Shown one piece after another: positions 48,201 to 54,250 of a stretch of 64,000 bases of DNA. Source of the stretch: Giardia intestinalis (taxonomy: Eukaryota); NCBI GenBank assembly GCA_000002435.2, contig CM018791.1, one strand, 5' to 3'. Numbering within the stretch: position 1 is the stretch's first letter; every line of letters begins with the position of its first letter. The translations under genes and the position numbers were made by a program. Under the pieces are notes generated by a model. The model saw nothing but the letters and a program-made list of their open reading frames with translations. It was not told the DNA's origin and ran no database searches.

Positions 48201-51198
48201 ACGGAAAGACCAAGTTGTATCTCAGATGTTCCTTCTGCTGCGTAGCGAGTTCTCTCGCCAGCGTCTTTTGAAGTACAAGCTGCAGACAGACCAATTTCGC
48301 GTTCTGGAATTTGCGAGTCTCCTTATTCTCCACAAGGTCTTCAAGCGCCCGATCTTTGCTAGTAAGTATGCAATCCGTGATCTACCGCTTCTTGCAGATT
48401 GCATGGGTGCCTTAGATCCGTTTCTTTCCGTCCATACAGTCAGGGTGGCCCAGAATCTTTCTGCGTTTTGCTCTGCATTCCGAAAGGCTCTCCTAGACGT
48501 GCATACAAGAGTTATAGTCTTTGAGATAGCAGACACATGCCCTGCAATCCTGGATATTCTTGTCGCCTTCACGGTAGTTTATCCCTCTAAGGTTGAGACT
48601 GTGAATGAGGACACAACTTATAGCATACAAACTTTCTCCGTAAAGACTCCACGGCCCTTATCTCAGTATCGCTTCATAGTGACATTCGATATTGACGGTG
48701 CCAATCCTTTGGTGTATTGCATTGAGCCTGTAATTGTCAATCCATCTATTTTGCAAATGGATGTGTTAGAATTTCCATGGTATGCCTTGTTACAGAATGC
48801 TAGTATCTCTGCTGGCACCCTTTCTATGCACCGACCTTTTAGCTCCAAGGACGCTGAGGCCTCTATTCTTCTGCATAAGGATACAATACTTCAGCAGATT
48901 ATTTGTCACTACATTAATGGATACCACGACCGAGTTTTGGAGTATAGAACTGCTATTGTGGAGCTTGAAAGTGTAGTGGAGAGACAGCTACAGGTGTGCA
49001 TTGAGCAGTTGCATGAAGTGGAGAGTACCAGCTATACAGCAAAGGCATCAGTAGTCTATACGTGCTACAGGACATACCTTGACCAGGTGGACACACTATC
49101 TGCACTGTCCGATAAAAACAAGGCTATTCTCACAGAGCGGGCAAAGATGGAGAACGACGAACAGAGCAATCTCAATGTTGCCACCAGAATTATTATGGCC
49201 ATGAGCAACTATCTGCTCCGCTTGGCCCTGAGCTACCCTGCTGTACTTTATCCTCTGATATGTATACAATCCAAACCGTTCGCACATGACACAGATTATG
49301 TAGATTGCTCCCTTTTATTTTTACTCGAGATTGCTGATAACTTGTATAGAGCACTTCCACTATCAATCTTTCTCCCTGCCCTCATAATGGTTATAATAGT
49401 TTCTGAAATTACTCGGGGAACATTAACTCTGGATGACTATCAGCTCTTTAGCGCTGTTATGCTATCTGTAGGCAAGATACCCACTATCAACAGGGAAAAT
49501 ATTGATGTCGCCTCTCCATTCGGTCCCTACTATGCCGTTCAGTTTGATTCTTCTGGAAAGATTGTGCTTACATCAAAGGAGGCCTACTGCCTGGCTATGC
49601 TCCGAAAAGCTCATCCAAAAGTAGATTTTTCCATATTCACCACACCACTGGTGGGATCAGGAGAGGAGCCATTGAGTAGTGCACACACTACAAGGAACAA
49701 TCTCATGCTATACATCTTACGACAATACTCCGAAAAGAGCCCCAAACACATACACAATTTTCTTAGGACACTGGGAGAGTCCTTCTATTGCAAAATCATG
49801 GGTCTAGTATGTTATGGAACCGCCGGAGTGCAGACTACCACCAGTTCTAGACTAGCTTGTGCATTCAAGATTAAGCTTCCTGGGCCATCTATTGGACTAA
49901 TAACGAGAGTTGCTCAATCTGCCTCACCGTCCAGGGTCGTGCTTCTGCTCACTGCCAACACCGTACAGACTGCATATGCGCTATGGGCAACAGGCTTGTT
50001 TACTATGTCAGCTTCTGTGCTAGATGCAAGTACCCCCCAGGGGGCAGGATTGATTCTGTACCCATGTGTCCCGATACATGCTTTATCACGGCTTACAAAG
50101 GGATCTGTTGGAGTAGCTGATATTAGTTTGGGAATAACGACAATCTCGGACATATGTTGTCTGCTATCGCAATTGTCCGCGTTAAGCACAGCGCATCAAG
50201 CAGATAACCTATTAGTATGGTCTGATCGTCCGTTGGGGCTTCGTGCGCTGGTGGCCGCCATCACCGTGCCTCTGAGAATGCGCAAGAGGAGTTCATGGCT
50301 CTTGTCTCCATTGACACAGGTAGTGTGTACGGTTCATACCGACCAAGATCGCTTGATGGAGAGGCTTATAGTTGCTTCTATAGCAATATGCATGCGCTAC
50401 CCCCTTCTATTTAATAAGCTGTCGTTTTTCTTCAACCGTTCTGAAGCTATTCTCTCTTCAAACCAGTGGTATTTTCAATTAGTTCGAGCACGCTGCAATC
50501 ACGTGGTTACAAACATGAAGCAAATACAAAAACTCTGTATTAATGAAACAAACACACTAGAATGCATTGTGAGGTTTGCGCATGGGTTCTCATCAATTAT
50601 AGAAAAGGCAAGCCTGCATTCTTTCGTCTATGCTTTTGACAAGCTGACCCTAGGGCTACATGATGATGCTTATAGGCAACCCCTTGCCTCTCTCTTTACT
50701 TTCATGACCTTGCTACTGTTGCAGTTAAGCCCGAATAGTGATGAAGATGGTTTTGTTTCTGCTTCTGAAATGGAGCAATCAGTGACGTGTACTGGGCAAA
50801 GCCTTTCTGCCCCGATTCTGGATATGGCAATATTAAGCTCTAACGATGCTCTGATTAGTGATTCTGTTGGTGGAACAACCTCCGATGCCTACTCTTCTCG
50901 AGACGACTTTGCCACTTACTCTGATAGAATAATTCGATGTATGCTAACATTCACTACCCTTCCAGATGCGCGACTACTTACATCCTCAGTCCATCAGTTG
51001 CGCCAATCCCCTGTTCAAGCATCAACCCTGGCACATTCTCTCCTGGAGGAACTAGTTGCTTCATCACAACAAGATCAGCAGACTTCTCCAGAGAAACGTC
51101 TAGTTACACCTGTGCAGGCTCAAAACTGCGGTGTATACCTCTTACAAGACGATTGCGTGGTAGCTCCTCTGAATGAGAAAAACGCTGCCGATGCATAG
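30271..51198 (+). CDS. Giant hypothetical protein (6,975 aa) with no recognisable catalytic motif
   Basis: A single uninterrupted 20,928-nt ORF with the ATG at 30271 behind an AT-rich leader. It has no Walker A/P-loop, so it is not dynein or midasin-like. It is L/S/T/I-rich and non-repetitive, with a few hydrophobic segments and one poly-Cys cluster. Confidence 0.8.
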   Translation: MPPLARRDLTIPAALRAISRQTGHRISCDEKRAKSSISQFRSHSPQPSYLASEARLSGYKSIFKAQNPPKVLSSIDAFLRPNEEKKEPISPPSEAVIGSPRMFTMSPKFARSKALGIDPRSLAPSDNIYYKAAEFPSQNAEFYSNQPPPITSSLPDTAYSKAVHPPTTEDGIRRVGSVMSVLRPTDAAPRLEKAQAADFLLEQLIENSVQILHGLGLSRIYEANQTQNWYECEVIAKMGDKFEVYFPAINHKKIVTLKNLILKQITITQASDVTLPMLPNYSSQNTNSMAAITNAIPTVPEAQSLAHAPFSPPSEQRDKGTVADSAHMASFSTLADKPAVVLPPRKKSRPAPHTASSDSHYQSVPITLDDIAEATDSQQINLFDESFDNSSFTHVITQPYVHVTVSPCMPCISLEPPSSMSASECTVRSDIQPAPELEEPGCANLSVMADMLSDLINEITPAYNTSLFGKRPSSCRLNITDAQSDPDAVPSNMYRGHANHTGAPFDCVELYEATEQPNNANTTFECTDFLEQVLNSASPEVNNDPKESSLTANIVLTDAKGPPDIFLSNDTTTSKTDQFEITLKPLAAPKEQDTLCTYTPIQQLPLTPSRNKPTRTIDLVSLLGITTHTELINVFLECIDHFTLKDRFAMAVRYLSSEILHRKVQNHQYLSIFTTSIIAALLELRLPHTSRASYTIDCVTDYREAQIRLDKVRFKCNADRLQALQNLAHEKELLYKKLCLTFQTKNLTTSSAVELCSIGIKSAQPILNHIRTSKLTLHLESLDPPAFNFQQTMADAVMDYLANAQTTDLQIQLIQEASINTSSPIHWCHTYLASFLWNTSKYYLTAQNTSIVNYMAQTAADRRLMMERGIAALSNISYLSADRAMFLLFRQLTATIEDYIGYLTLTPDLLLVTGIPFYPKVSPDILGSIVFTEDSEQREKRLVTENGVSLDPDQKVVMFDGYSLKKRLGYRFFPEVQMAANNTAHGHSVPLTNIINDTPARSLFIRIEKGINFMQKLDFYLTNSFILLFEILIPYIQETLLSNYDQKMQRSLEKMIKMEKINSKRQKLPDETIEKLAIQAQSSLKHGYVELEKQIEVYIYRLFNKVFEDTVFPLWLGLIHSLLHSIDVPEKCDRYALHSGTSAMSEEVASIQQHHEHCSADATTLDALTKNMKGSTGSGIDESTLRATDLCTERTASFLQMPESVELDSDSAPSSVLVSGMNVDADNLLLSHVSAMRGCNLSSSLQSGPLVLTKLFTPEIANFFLQLQEKFANIKQKYQQVSSILFTTPYTRPIFESLDLDLNYFQADMAQNSLDTAKESIEHILNVLSTLVIHVIFETNSYGLISNIAFDPSSDSIYSGLLCFIFDLVDFYSATPTLVNVLLNRRVNAQVDIVDLIADSAGMGVKRPHVRGGREHAVSEAIQGPTYLYDNEPALDNDQLVSRSVIGMNTTLLRPLVSPDTKDMSANSYLDVAKDVVDSFVIENWNIFKRESVYSEYIKMFFDLDITSCTQSYQLHSSQPPCASKNPKKAPVHAQNASAIDPFETADLKIPHAITKRKRQLSRVTSRLRNDPPASGLKLMSVAKLALTNMSIYLKSLQNDFSTFYHANLLALRDLFNEAYLFPREVYTGSKTMLSLYSLFRSKLKALRKNHTKQINGRLAKELGLSTDVKDDVESRKIPIEDMVASAEVVVSETGAVSHPSIDSSHFYLDETSCRDYFLPIHHPIASYLQGDMMDKFLFTTEPAEHSSRKYEEELRKSVAANRTGACHARNLIFDELLLFTGYLRQPAVVTALCQFYIPGDKPPELLSKHIIDITNTSSIITRILSNIYGLSESYYAVTALPPVCFYGTIKIDYSNYLATVARQAHELYVLYLNRLDDYCRLIHECGVTCIEYITKNLMNTHFDSAASLGAVYFIFKNFATFYPKWRDYYAWFNDVSVCLGNMIIDGRRAALLNEKLLYYRTQGSLMLMKTFKSMENRSQSISQCYQKLISQLTLIDNWVLSTQDALFQRIREYIRLNTQAIALCDEAPAKFAQQYETFTRNFVFPRAVRNLHDKGDLLDITAVLKSIDSATCLPFLSSLSDCLRRREPSILQLFHRDTDASGIPIFRSVDFPAAFTECEDIAHHLILLCEALIRTRKDALALNMYPYNDKTLFPTDKAILDAITEDRNLSAIDAVIFYDKDVDTAKTRTARRDYFLKQLLDPGESLKLSSSTVDAILHPSTQQGPVLTRLRNLLPLLFLINKLVALYFDFLSNFEQWMNCTIGRLSLSDVKNFVVQVVITATIILETLRDSVPISELARTLLQFITKKRSQLQLFFILKSSLYKINFIQSPNAARNVCLSSFEAMEVVTNRLLLLSDLEPLRTNELGQLLGIIQANIDEFLCIDPRDLHVVDFYVRDLLKYNRSKYSDETKVKIFLEIVSNHECSIMRSYRIGLHRIRAERFQYIQSSLIQRALANKENRVNPDERLEFPCHFLVSRTGGFVLETTVLQPQVLEVVSKYASTSDQGTTQTAEKLPAASRKALYSFHSEELSGKLQDLTKVSMSDTLDASLEMYEEGRDTDSAKTVEPDEKLTMTAALAQKEGIVIRGPIRNAAINASQCFSTGIFYEACTFGYLAYQYFGLFVLDQDEKDNKQPNVDLGKSSRKCGNNIAAETRRYNSSLDRIKLLGSDEPVIYSRVSADYSPLNSVYLKQNYPSFLDKSHFLSLCYHADFTLVGDKRGKLLFLEKKLTIKVPRKLFELDSQLQYDLLGLQGPLSHTTEQRPAAPTCMALKRLTIIPDINLHIFTILCAVLQNYVTFDSLASHLFDLDAIHQLVSLQWRVYLLMSRCIFIISYVRAHANKLFYYVDMQTICLQARGLPVLVPAVHTRAVTHKFLTLLYKTQTLLSTAQSNGATMSNIASRKVLRDTIFAQIKDLIEFEGEIVAANMPFLQHSGTLRDSANFPDSYMLSRQFLVSSFIESIIYDNFYSPVICSADKLTECKGAVVCSLPARVITACSTVLSNFGFHRMQFVIYKIVSLTNSRSFYIFAGVLFGMDLHEASGRQQEYLRFCMPILLDRLPHCFTILTYSMLQTTISASLSWYVQYYSDILANDALNCDIALCILRSIPLATGVLAILRLFHVLVSDSTKPGVNSLEKLKTLRSALATLTYVLSILLRYQIITVPSTYMSLVHRSVCISIDKYLDPSTSVCCHTHFTIDFEALEEQFPYNHQRHDMPITKAVTFEQHAPTEDSYTIPCFDMLHGSLSKDFKREAQKDYMAALLHYNKHHIKHATILGPCTVLPFSYLYIKDTSPLEVQISSILQETFTSVRYRLFRDILISLSNTLSDIIEDCVETPPVLTLPPSEKQIQPPDTASPTVNPYVSHGFVTSIFVSGGDESLFRLLDDFNIFAFQLLGDYLHTYNRDFITSMRFFQTRASFLGTQQAFTPMRVYSGVTPVCAYKGHVFLDASFPDGMFAEFSTLPIYSEILDKLLFYKLLFIVSPINDGPACNSPLKSFFSAYVPLITGHPVVFDQPCLVDEFSIESMTDKEATYFRSLLCMLVLGAIIVITSEVATRHNWATYMRLHEERVRQDLPGSLVFILPGLVKTYHEHNIEEPMYVLAEKALSILALYGLGQESNHLIRYRDGFVGTDKVQQYVHDTDLSIKIERLAAKFSQLSVGSQSLSNAMLRSVFSNTPNVLSAAPLPYLLRNYLLLIAGTLDDSEARMVLTAVFVSTFGTSLLDKDESGQDAMAFLTELTERYAASSYYFLDSDMKEVPASANPPMTYTVPFALMFSYAFSSLQYIRASHTELRFFSEPACLTESEKRLNQEFHLSTSNMRLCGLLSEFYLQFFGRDILATFPFSTTGFYFLFNLVYIILLILTQSVSIGPIGLHVIDLPLCNTLYGMVTAAIRYLVSDIIIMELRFQNQCRFASKRLNIADPVEGEESSISHPSFVEVTDVSQITDVATGRVTYRPYTIYFMALKVINPTQDTTMLYEILLSAPRPSTTAIVIMSPCLRLLQSFTGYHLHSQHSLLNPKLLLQYQTREIRYYHTFKLSSISTSESTDVSYSQFEDLITSFSITQLQRLMQMKAMRFFIQLSPLVLAFCADACLLTEPRDYYAAYCNFVYLCSKYCIITVVPVIQNGFETASLYGRWETSDPCSNSISDLERLLGSRMKGKEQATPQATVYEAQTSTKDFEQLASSIVGSAVTTFPGAMSTCDSAIDKCMATSFMHHTAQGSVTEQGHADIKRPKENNVFELFNISQNKLLCTMPIPHDSVRQCLIFSQLEIRCNPAFFTCFTYCNQNYSELVAKLALIIFGLAFSACKLKTIVPAGSNSEVFRRMSAFLASSLNIDDLYSDSQDVLFDFHEQAYKQCREALLMDGPQTAYSVFLSRYFLSTNDEESLTDTNEAYSTAYNETHGAISVDRYVYVRILNSMLPTAQTIAAKGDAFLYSLLLPSFSMEPMTYEGLRLVEETISRFSDGDFDTLLTLLNFSTVYLHFTPALYPKRYILHQGTTKRPSSTLYSPVGVQEDRPGPFNEIVDVGYLTAYPISSYDAELRMLALSIVAAMFCKIPVVLFSVFSPIFNQSALRAATALFEEDTSVLIQDDKYRENMQLQTSADEHIKFGTFSYNTYLIHSVCTDADLIQLLARLRSMCQFVSCNSQTYLVSPCRLIVLIRAHASFLYYPTLLTLLGQKVQMIDNTGVMQLVTLRNILFLVDVAHGPPKDMLRIYQVSHLYTVRTDVSLPRTRRDRLCTQGKHYGHYLLAKIFGFRAVSRQLENFLLDRNFMYTERISASISTIWLMEQYYGVSRSNDHTLNDTISAIIYNSIEQAATQYHEQYPEIYSALYGATTKQRLMLKLADAPAASSTLEALTCRQLLTHTPGQGVLLKQLIDAFNINLLKILINRSLYSHFMNEYAERVGGRKNRKSRQHTTARQASAISRKSGASRSCCGSRASSLTVLEETIEEGTFFTPTIDLSYYQSVKSKRLEDKSDGPSSKNSDSFDTTSTSAAAISPRDQRASDIKSSQVPSLSVKWLKPPMVQQNPEVDEHTESAVKLPAVVSSLLNKDVGTKYLAKLSSLTGQDYFGVHTMELRNILAEAHLSPMHIPTTLFVPSGLLSYADFILLAKSLPGVLDALPIDSRVHPVDKDSILLVDIAAACGLTDRALPPVLQTMSVTDRFLTALRAATCAAMGMPPSAAYPRIFERFKKQAFSGIGSSLESPLYLPSGRLSDTTIMPQHILSTHPLLAIPRWHFHINIQTQTLIQYKTSMRTRTEFHPEYVPYNKYPHQFNTVILAIPLSLAVSCNLLTMVANFLYPGSGENSWINREDQSDFLSDFSSISKLGLVTTRTYLCFVSCTMQVIIFDNYCLQAAVRKDILAILPPHLDVVHFHAGLSMHKDIASITQSPLMQHRLSIPILALPPTATITTQQKTVEISEQLAEMRVYIVAYYLYDTLVTQFSSFSIPFSNSVESSGELDTEHANMDVNQRTLTAYSAQRSTKDSTLHSDESSNYVDSEIRSLRLPSLLSCPSSARSKRSVHNDFQDKYKHAATVSGIHARSIKSISKFIPYSNINDFILIVRHVYRNLRSYYASKLHDISLFQQQSVNLTKLAKHGSIQTQETLTRTAENIAQFAATIVPEEDLDEEKYKESTKALHEAEKRLATITQELTDAEAKVKTQKEKLKNSIEGSCAAVMYFGDSKLASYVKALLADPAKYRNFAELLHRIPVISSAVETVSITPCAALPIADFWNIVAAEVFSSCERLYSLLVGFDQERDVLDPITTIDSSAFNGIETIVFTWYMETIEYRRFKDECVAQFKLEELRNNHVNQQHIVSTLAAENRLLQQTCQNTDKARNISSSQLDLLEAQLCDLKELFQIEKDTIGMVVKHIPSMVTEERRMRQMHNLSYVHGVIVAATVYFGIGLTSICIDILSKASGTCSSEECCAFCSILDLPLCSCCNCCLCFCDCKYVMSDTGATFLVKADVFSERSICRHMKRKDQVVSQMFLLLRSEFSRQRLLKYKLQTDQFRVLEFASLLILHKVFKRPIFASKYAIRDLPLLADCMGALDPFLSVHTVRVAQNLSAFCSAFRKALLDVHTRVIVFEIADTCPAILDILVAFTVVYPSKVETVNEDTTYSIQTFSVKTPRPLSQYRFIVTFDIDGANPLVYCIEPVIVNPSILQMDVLEFPWYALLQNASISAGTLSMHRPFSSKDAEASILLHKDTILQQIICHYINGYHDRVLEYRTAIVELESVVERQLQVCIEQLHEVESTSYTAKASVVYTCYRTYLDQVDTLSALSDKNKAILTERAKMENDEQSNLNVATRIIMAMSNYLLRLALSYPAVLYPLICIQSKPFAHDTDYVDCSLLFLLEIADNLYRALPLSIFLPALIMVIIVSEITRGTLTLDDYQLFSAVMLSVGKIPTINRENIDVASPFGPYYAVQFDSSGKIVLTSKEAYCLAMLRKAHPKVDFSIFTTPLVGSGEEPLSSAHTTRNNLMLYILRQYSEKSPKHIHNFLRTLGESFYCKIMGLVCYGTAGVQTTTSSRLACAFKIKLPGPSIGLITRVAQSASPSRVVLLLTANTVQTAYALWATGLFTMSASVLDASTPQGAGLILYPCVPIHALSRLTKGSVGVADISLGITTISDICCLLSQLSALSTAHQADNLLVWSDRPLGLRALVAAITVPLRMRKRSSWLLSPLTQVVCTVHTDQDRLMERLIVASIAICMRYPLLFNKLSFFFNRSEAILSSNQWYFQLVRARCNHVVTNMKQIQKLCINETNTLECIVRFAHGFSSIIEKASLHSFVYAFDKLTLGLHDDAYRQPLASLFTFMTLLLLQLSPNSDEDGFVSASEMEQSVTCTGQSLSAPILDMAILSSNDALISDSVGGTTSDAYSSRDDFATYSDRIIRCMLTFTTLPDARLLTSSVHQLRQSPVQASTLAHSLLEELVASSQQDQQTSPEKRLVTPVQAQNCGVYLLQDDCVVAPLNEKNAADA

Positions 51199-51754
51199 TA
51201 TGCACGCGCTTCTCAGAGTCTTCGATAGTATAAGCGAAGGCGGGCCTTCTTTATACAGAGAGTTCATCGACGCCACATCGCGTCAATTCTCAGAGAGCAG
51301 CCTTCCTGGAAGCGGGTCCCCGATCGTCGGAGCACCTTCATCTGGCTCCCACGAGCCCTACCGAAAACCAGTAACCCCAACAACACCATCTATCGGTATA
51401 AACACGGAATCGTCCAGTCCGCCCAAATGGAACCCTCTTCTTAGATGTGTCGCACCTCTGAGATTGCCGCGTCCACCCAAGCCTTGGCACCGAGGAACGT
51501 GGAGCGGCATGTGTACCGGTGACACAGGAATCTTGGCTATAGACCTTTTCAGCAGTCCGCAGGAGGTGGATCCTAGCTCTCTTGCCTTTGTTGTCGCCTC
51601 AGAAATGGCGGTGTATGATACCGTCTGCCTACTGATCCACGTCAGAAACAAGGGGATCTGCCACTTCGTTCCGCGGGGATGCACCGTCGGCGTGTGCGCA
51701 TCGATGGAGGAGGCAGAGACATTTCTGCGCTGCCTCTTTGGGGCTGTTGAGTGA
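51173..51754 (+). CDS. Small hypothetical protein (184-193 aa) overlapping the 3' end of the giant gene
   Basis: It has in-frame ATGs at 51173, 51191 and 51200, and the last is just past the giant-ORF stop. Its C-terminus is Cys-containing. No similarity was recognised, so coding status is uncertain. Confidence 0.35.
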   Translation: MRKTLPMHSMHALLRVFDSISEGGPSLYREFIDATSRQFSESSLPGSGSPIVGAPSSGSHEPYRKPVTPTTPSIGINTESSSPPKWNPLLRCVAPLRLPRPPKPWHRGTWSGMCTGDTGILAIDLFSSPQEVDPSSLAFVVASEMAVYDTVCLLIHVRNKGICHFVPRGCTVGVCASMEEAETFLRCLFGAVE

Positions 51755-51922
51755 AGGGTCAGACGAAAGGCGGTTTCTTCCTCACGTTGGGCTCAGCGGT
51801 AGCTGATTTATCTCTCTTCATCTACGAACCCCTTTTCTGTGAGCTGCAAAGTGAATTTAAAATACAATCTATTTTTAAAGTATCTTTTCATCACATTATG
51901 GCGTAATACATTTCCTCGCCAG

Positions 51923-52495
51923 ATGCTCTTCCACATTGAGGCCACGGAGACGGTCCAGCTTCGCCCGTGCGACTTCCACGAGCACTACGCTACGGCAGTT
52001 ATTGCACTGATGAAGGAACAGCTTTTTAATGGGGTGTCTCACACGTTTGGAAAAGTCCTTCAAGTCATAATACACCCAGACTTGATCCCAAAAACGCCTC
52101 TCCTGCAGCCCCATACTGGTGTAGCGACATTCCAGGTGGCATACAAAGCTATAATAGAGCGTCCAATGCGTAATGAGCGAGCTGTGGCATATGTTGAGAG
52201 TATCGAGCGGAGCAATGATAACTTCTTTATACTGAAACTTCTGTTGGGCTCATATATTCTCGAAACTACGCTCTTAGACAAGCTGTACCGAGAAACATCA
52301 ATAGGGGGGCTGGAGCTGGTCGAAGAAAACTACAGCCCGAAGGAAGACAACGCCTTTCGTCTTGAGAAGATAAGCCAAGGGGACTTTGTGCGCATTATAG
52401 TCACCTCCTCAGACTCCTGTCAACTAATGGACGCCGCCCAAGAGGACGACGTCGAGTCGGACGACGAGGATAAGGGATACTATGGCGACGATTAA
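51923..52495 (+). CDS. DNA-directed RNA polymerase subunit of the Rpb7/Rpa43/Rpc25 (subunit E) family with acidic C-terminal tail
   Basis: MLFHIEATETVQLRP.....GKVLQVI....I......TGVATFQVAYKAIIERPMRNE aligns with the Rpb7 N-terminus (MFFHIEL...LHP....GK.G.V..V...I......G...F.V.YKAIVFRPFKGE). The track start at 51839 is a TTG. The ATG at 51923 has an AT-rich upstream region. The protein ends DDVESDDEDKGYYGDD. Confidence 0.7.
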   Translation: MLFHIEATETVQLRPCDFHEHYATAVIALMKEQLFNGVSHTFGKVLQVIIHPDLIPKTPLLQPHTGVATFQVAYKAIIERPMRNERAVAYVESIERSNDNFFILKLLLGSYILETTLLDKLYRETSIGGLELVEENYSPKEDNAFRLEKISQGDFVRIIVTSSDSCQLMDAAQEDDVESDDEDKGYYGDD

Positions 52496-52516
52496 AGCTC
52501 AATAAATTGAAAGATC

Positions 52517-54250
52517 ATGTCTGCGAGCGTGGGCGCAGGGGTTGGAACGCTTGGAAGGTCTCTCGGCGTCCGCTTGCCTGGCTCCAAGGAATCGCGCAAT
52601 GAACTTGCTCTTTCCGCTGGTCCAGCTAAATCTAGTGAACGACCCCTGGGTCTCGGACCTTCTGTGATTAGTCGCACCTCTCAGTATAAGAACCTTGAAG
52701 AGCAGTACAACATCTTGAAGAGCAAGTACATGTCTAACGTGGATCGAGTTGCCGAAACTGTGCAGCTCAGCAACGAGTACAAGCAACTTGAGAAGAAGTA
52801 TGCTAATGCAACACGATCAGCCAGTGAGCTTGCGGCTGAAAACGAAGCTTTACGCGGAGAACTTTCGGAAACAAAGGGAGCTCTTGATACGTACAAGGAG
52901 AAGCTGGCGGAAATTTCTGTGCAACCTCCGCCAATTCTGGACACTGACTTGTCCACTAATCACTTATATTCGGACCATAATTTGGCTACTTCTGCCTCGA
53001 TGTCTGCTGCTGCCAATGTCATACCCCTTGCTGCGCCCTCTTATGTAAGCCAGGAGGAGTACAACGAGATGCTCAAGTCCCGAACATCTCCCGCGTCTGT
53101 GGTTCCATCTGTCCCGTTTGAGGCCTCTAATGCATCCGTGGATAGCACAGCGCAAGTCTGCGAAGCACTTGATAGCCTTCAAAAGGACAACATTGAGCTT
53201 AGAACAGATATTAAGGAAACCCTCCTAGAGGTCACGGGAAACCTCCAGACAACCATGGTTGACTTCAGAGATCTTCGGTCGAAGTGCGAGGACATGCGTG
53301 TAGTTTTGAATCAGCGTGAATTGCATCTTCGGGATTTGGTGCACACCTTGGAAGATAGGGACAAAGAAATATCAAGGCTTCAGCGTGCTATAGAGGCTGC
53401 AGAAAAGCACCGAACGCACCGCGAAGAGGAAATACAACGCTTCACTACTGAGTGCGAAGAGGTGGCTAAACACAATGAAGAAGTGATGAAGGAGAAAACA
53501 GCGTTACTTTCAAAGCTCAAAGGTGATAATATTGACCTTAAGGCGGAACTGCATATTAAAGCAGCTGAGCTGACTGAGCTCAAAGATAAGTTAGTAGATG
53601 CACAAAAGCAGTTAAGCTCTCATGCTAGCGAGAACGCGTCGCTTCTTGCCAGGCTTGGCACAGTAAAAAACAATGCAGAACGCCTCCTATTGCAACGAGA
53701 TGAAGACGTTGAAAGACTGACAAATGAGTTAACTAAGCTCAAAGAGGAACATACACAGCACATTGAGCAAAAGGACGAAGTGATCTCGCGACTGACAGGC
53801 GAATGTGAACGACTGAAGGTCGAGCTTGCACATTTAGCAGCAGAAAAAGACACGGAACTAAGTCGGGTCAGCGCTGATTTAGCAACTCTGCAGCAAACAT
53901 TTACCCAATCAACACGAAAGAAAAACGAAGAGGCCACAAAGCTAGCTCAGGATATCGTTGAAAATAAGCTGGAAGCTGCACAAGCGCTTGAAGAAAGAAA
54001 CAAAATAATTACACAGTTGAATGCTCGCATTACAGAATTAGAACTAGAACTAAAACAACGTCCGCTGGCCAGGGAATATACCACAGTTGATATGACAATA
54101 ACACAAAAACAGCGCCCACTGTCTGCAATCGATTCTAGAAAGACACACGAGGATGAGGCAAATTCTATACGGTTCTCAAAGTCTGTGGCAGGATCTTCAT
54201 CAAATAAGCTTGTTGTTCCCATCGAATATTTGGTCATCTCTAAGCAGTAA
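52517..54250 (+). CDS. Coiled-coil protein (577 aa)
   Basis: ATG at 52517 after aaagatc. The N-terminal 60 aa are Gly/Ser-rich and the remainder is heptad-repeat rich. Confidence 0.75.
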   Translation: MSASVGAGVGTLGRSLGVRLPGSKESRNELALSAGPAKSSERPLGLGPSVISRTSQYKNLEEQYNILKSKYMSNVDRVAETVQLSNEYKQLEKKYANATRSASELAAENEALRGELSETKGALDTYKEKLAEISVQPPPILDTDLSTNHLYSDHNLATSASMSAAANVIPLAAPSYVSQEEYNEMLKSRTSPASVVPSVPFEASNASVDSTAQVCEALDSLQKDNIELRTDIKETLLEVTGNLQTTMVDFRDLRSKCEDMRVVLNQRELHLRDLVHTLEDRDKEISRLQRAIEAAEKHRTHREEEIQRFTTECEEVAKHNEEVMKEKTALLSKLKGDNIDLKAELHIKAAELTELKDKLVDAQKQLSSHASENASLLARLGTVKNNAERLLLQRDEDVERLTNELTKLKEEHTQHIEQKDEVISRLTGECERLKVELAHLAAEKDTELSRVSADLATLQQTFTQSTRKKNEEATKLAQDIVENKLEAAQALEERNKIITQLNARITELELELKQRPLAREYTTVDMTITQKQRPLSAIDSRKTHEDEANSIRFSKSVAGSSSNKLVVPIEYLVISKQ

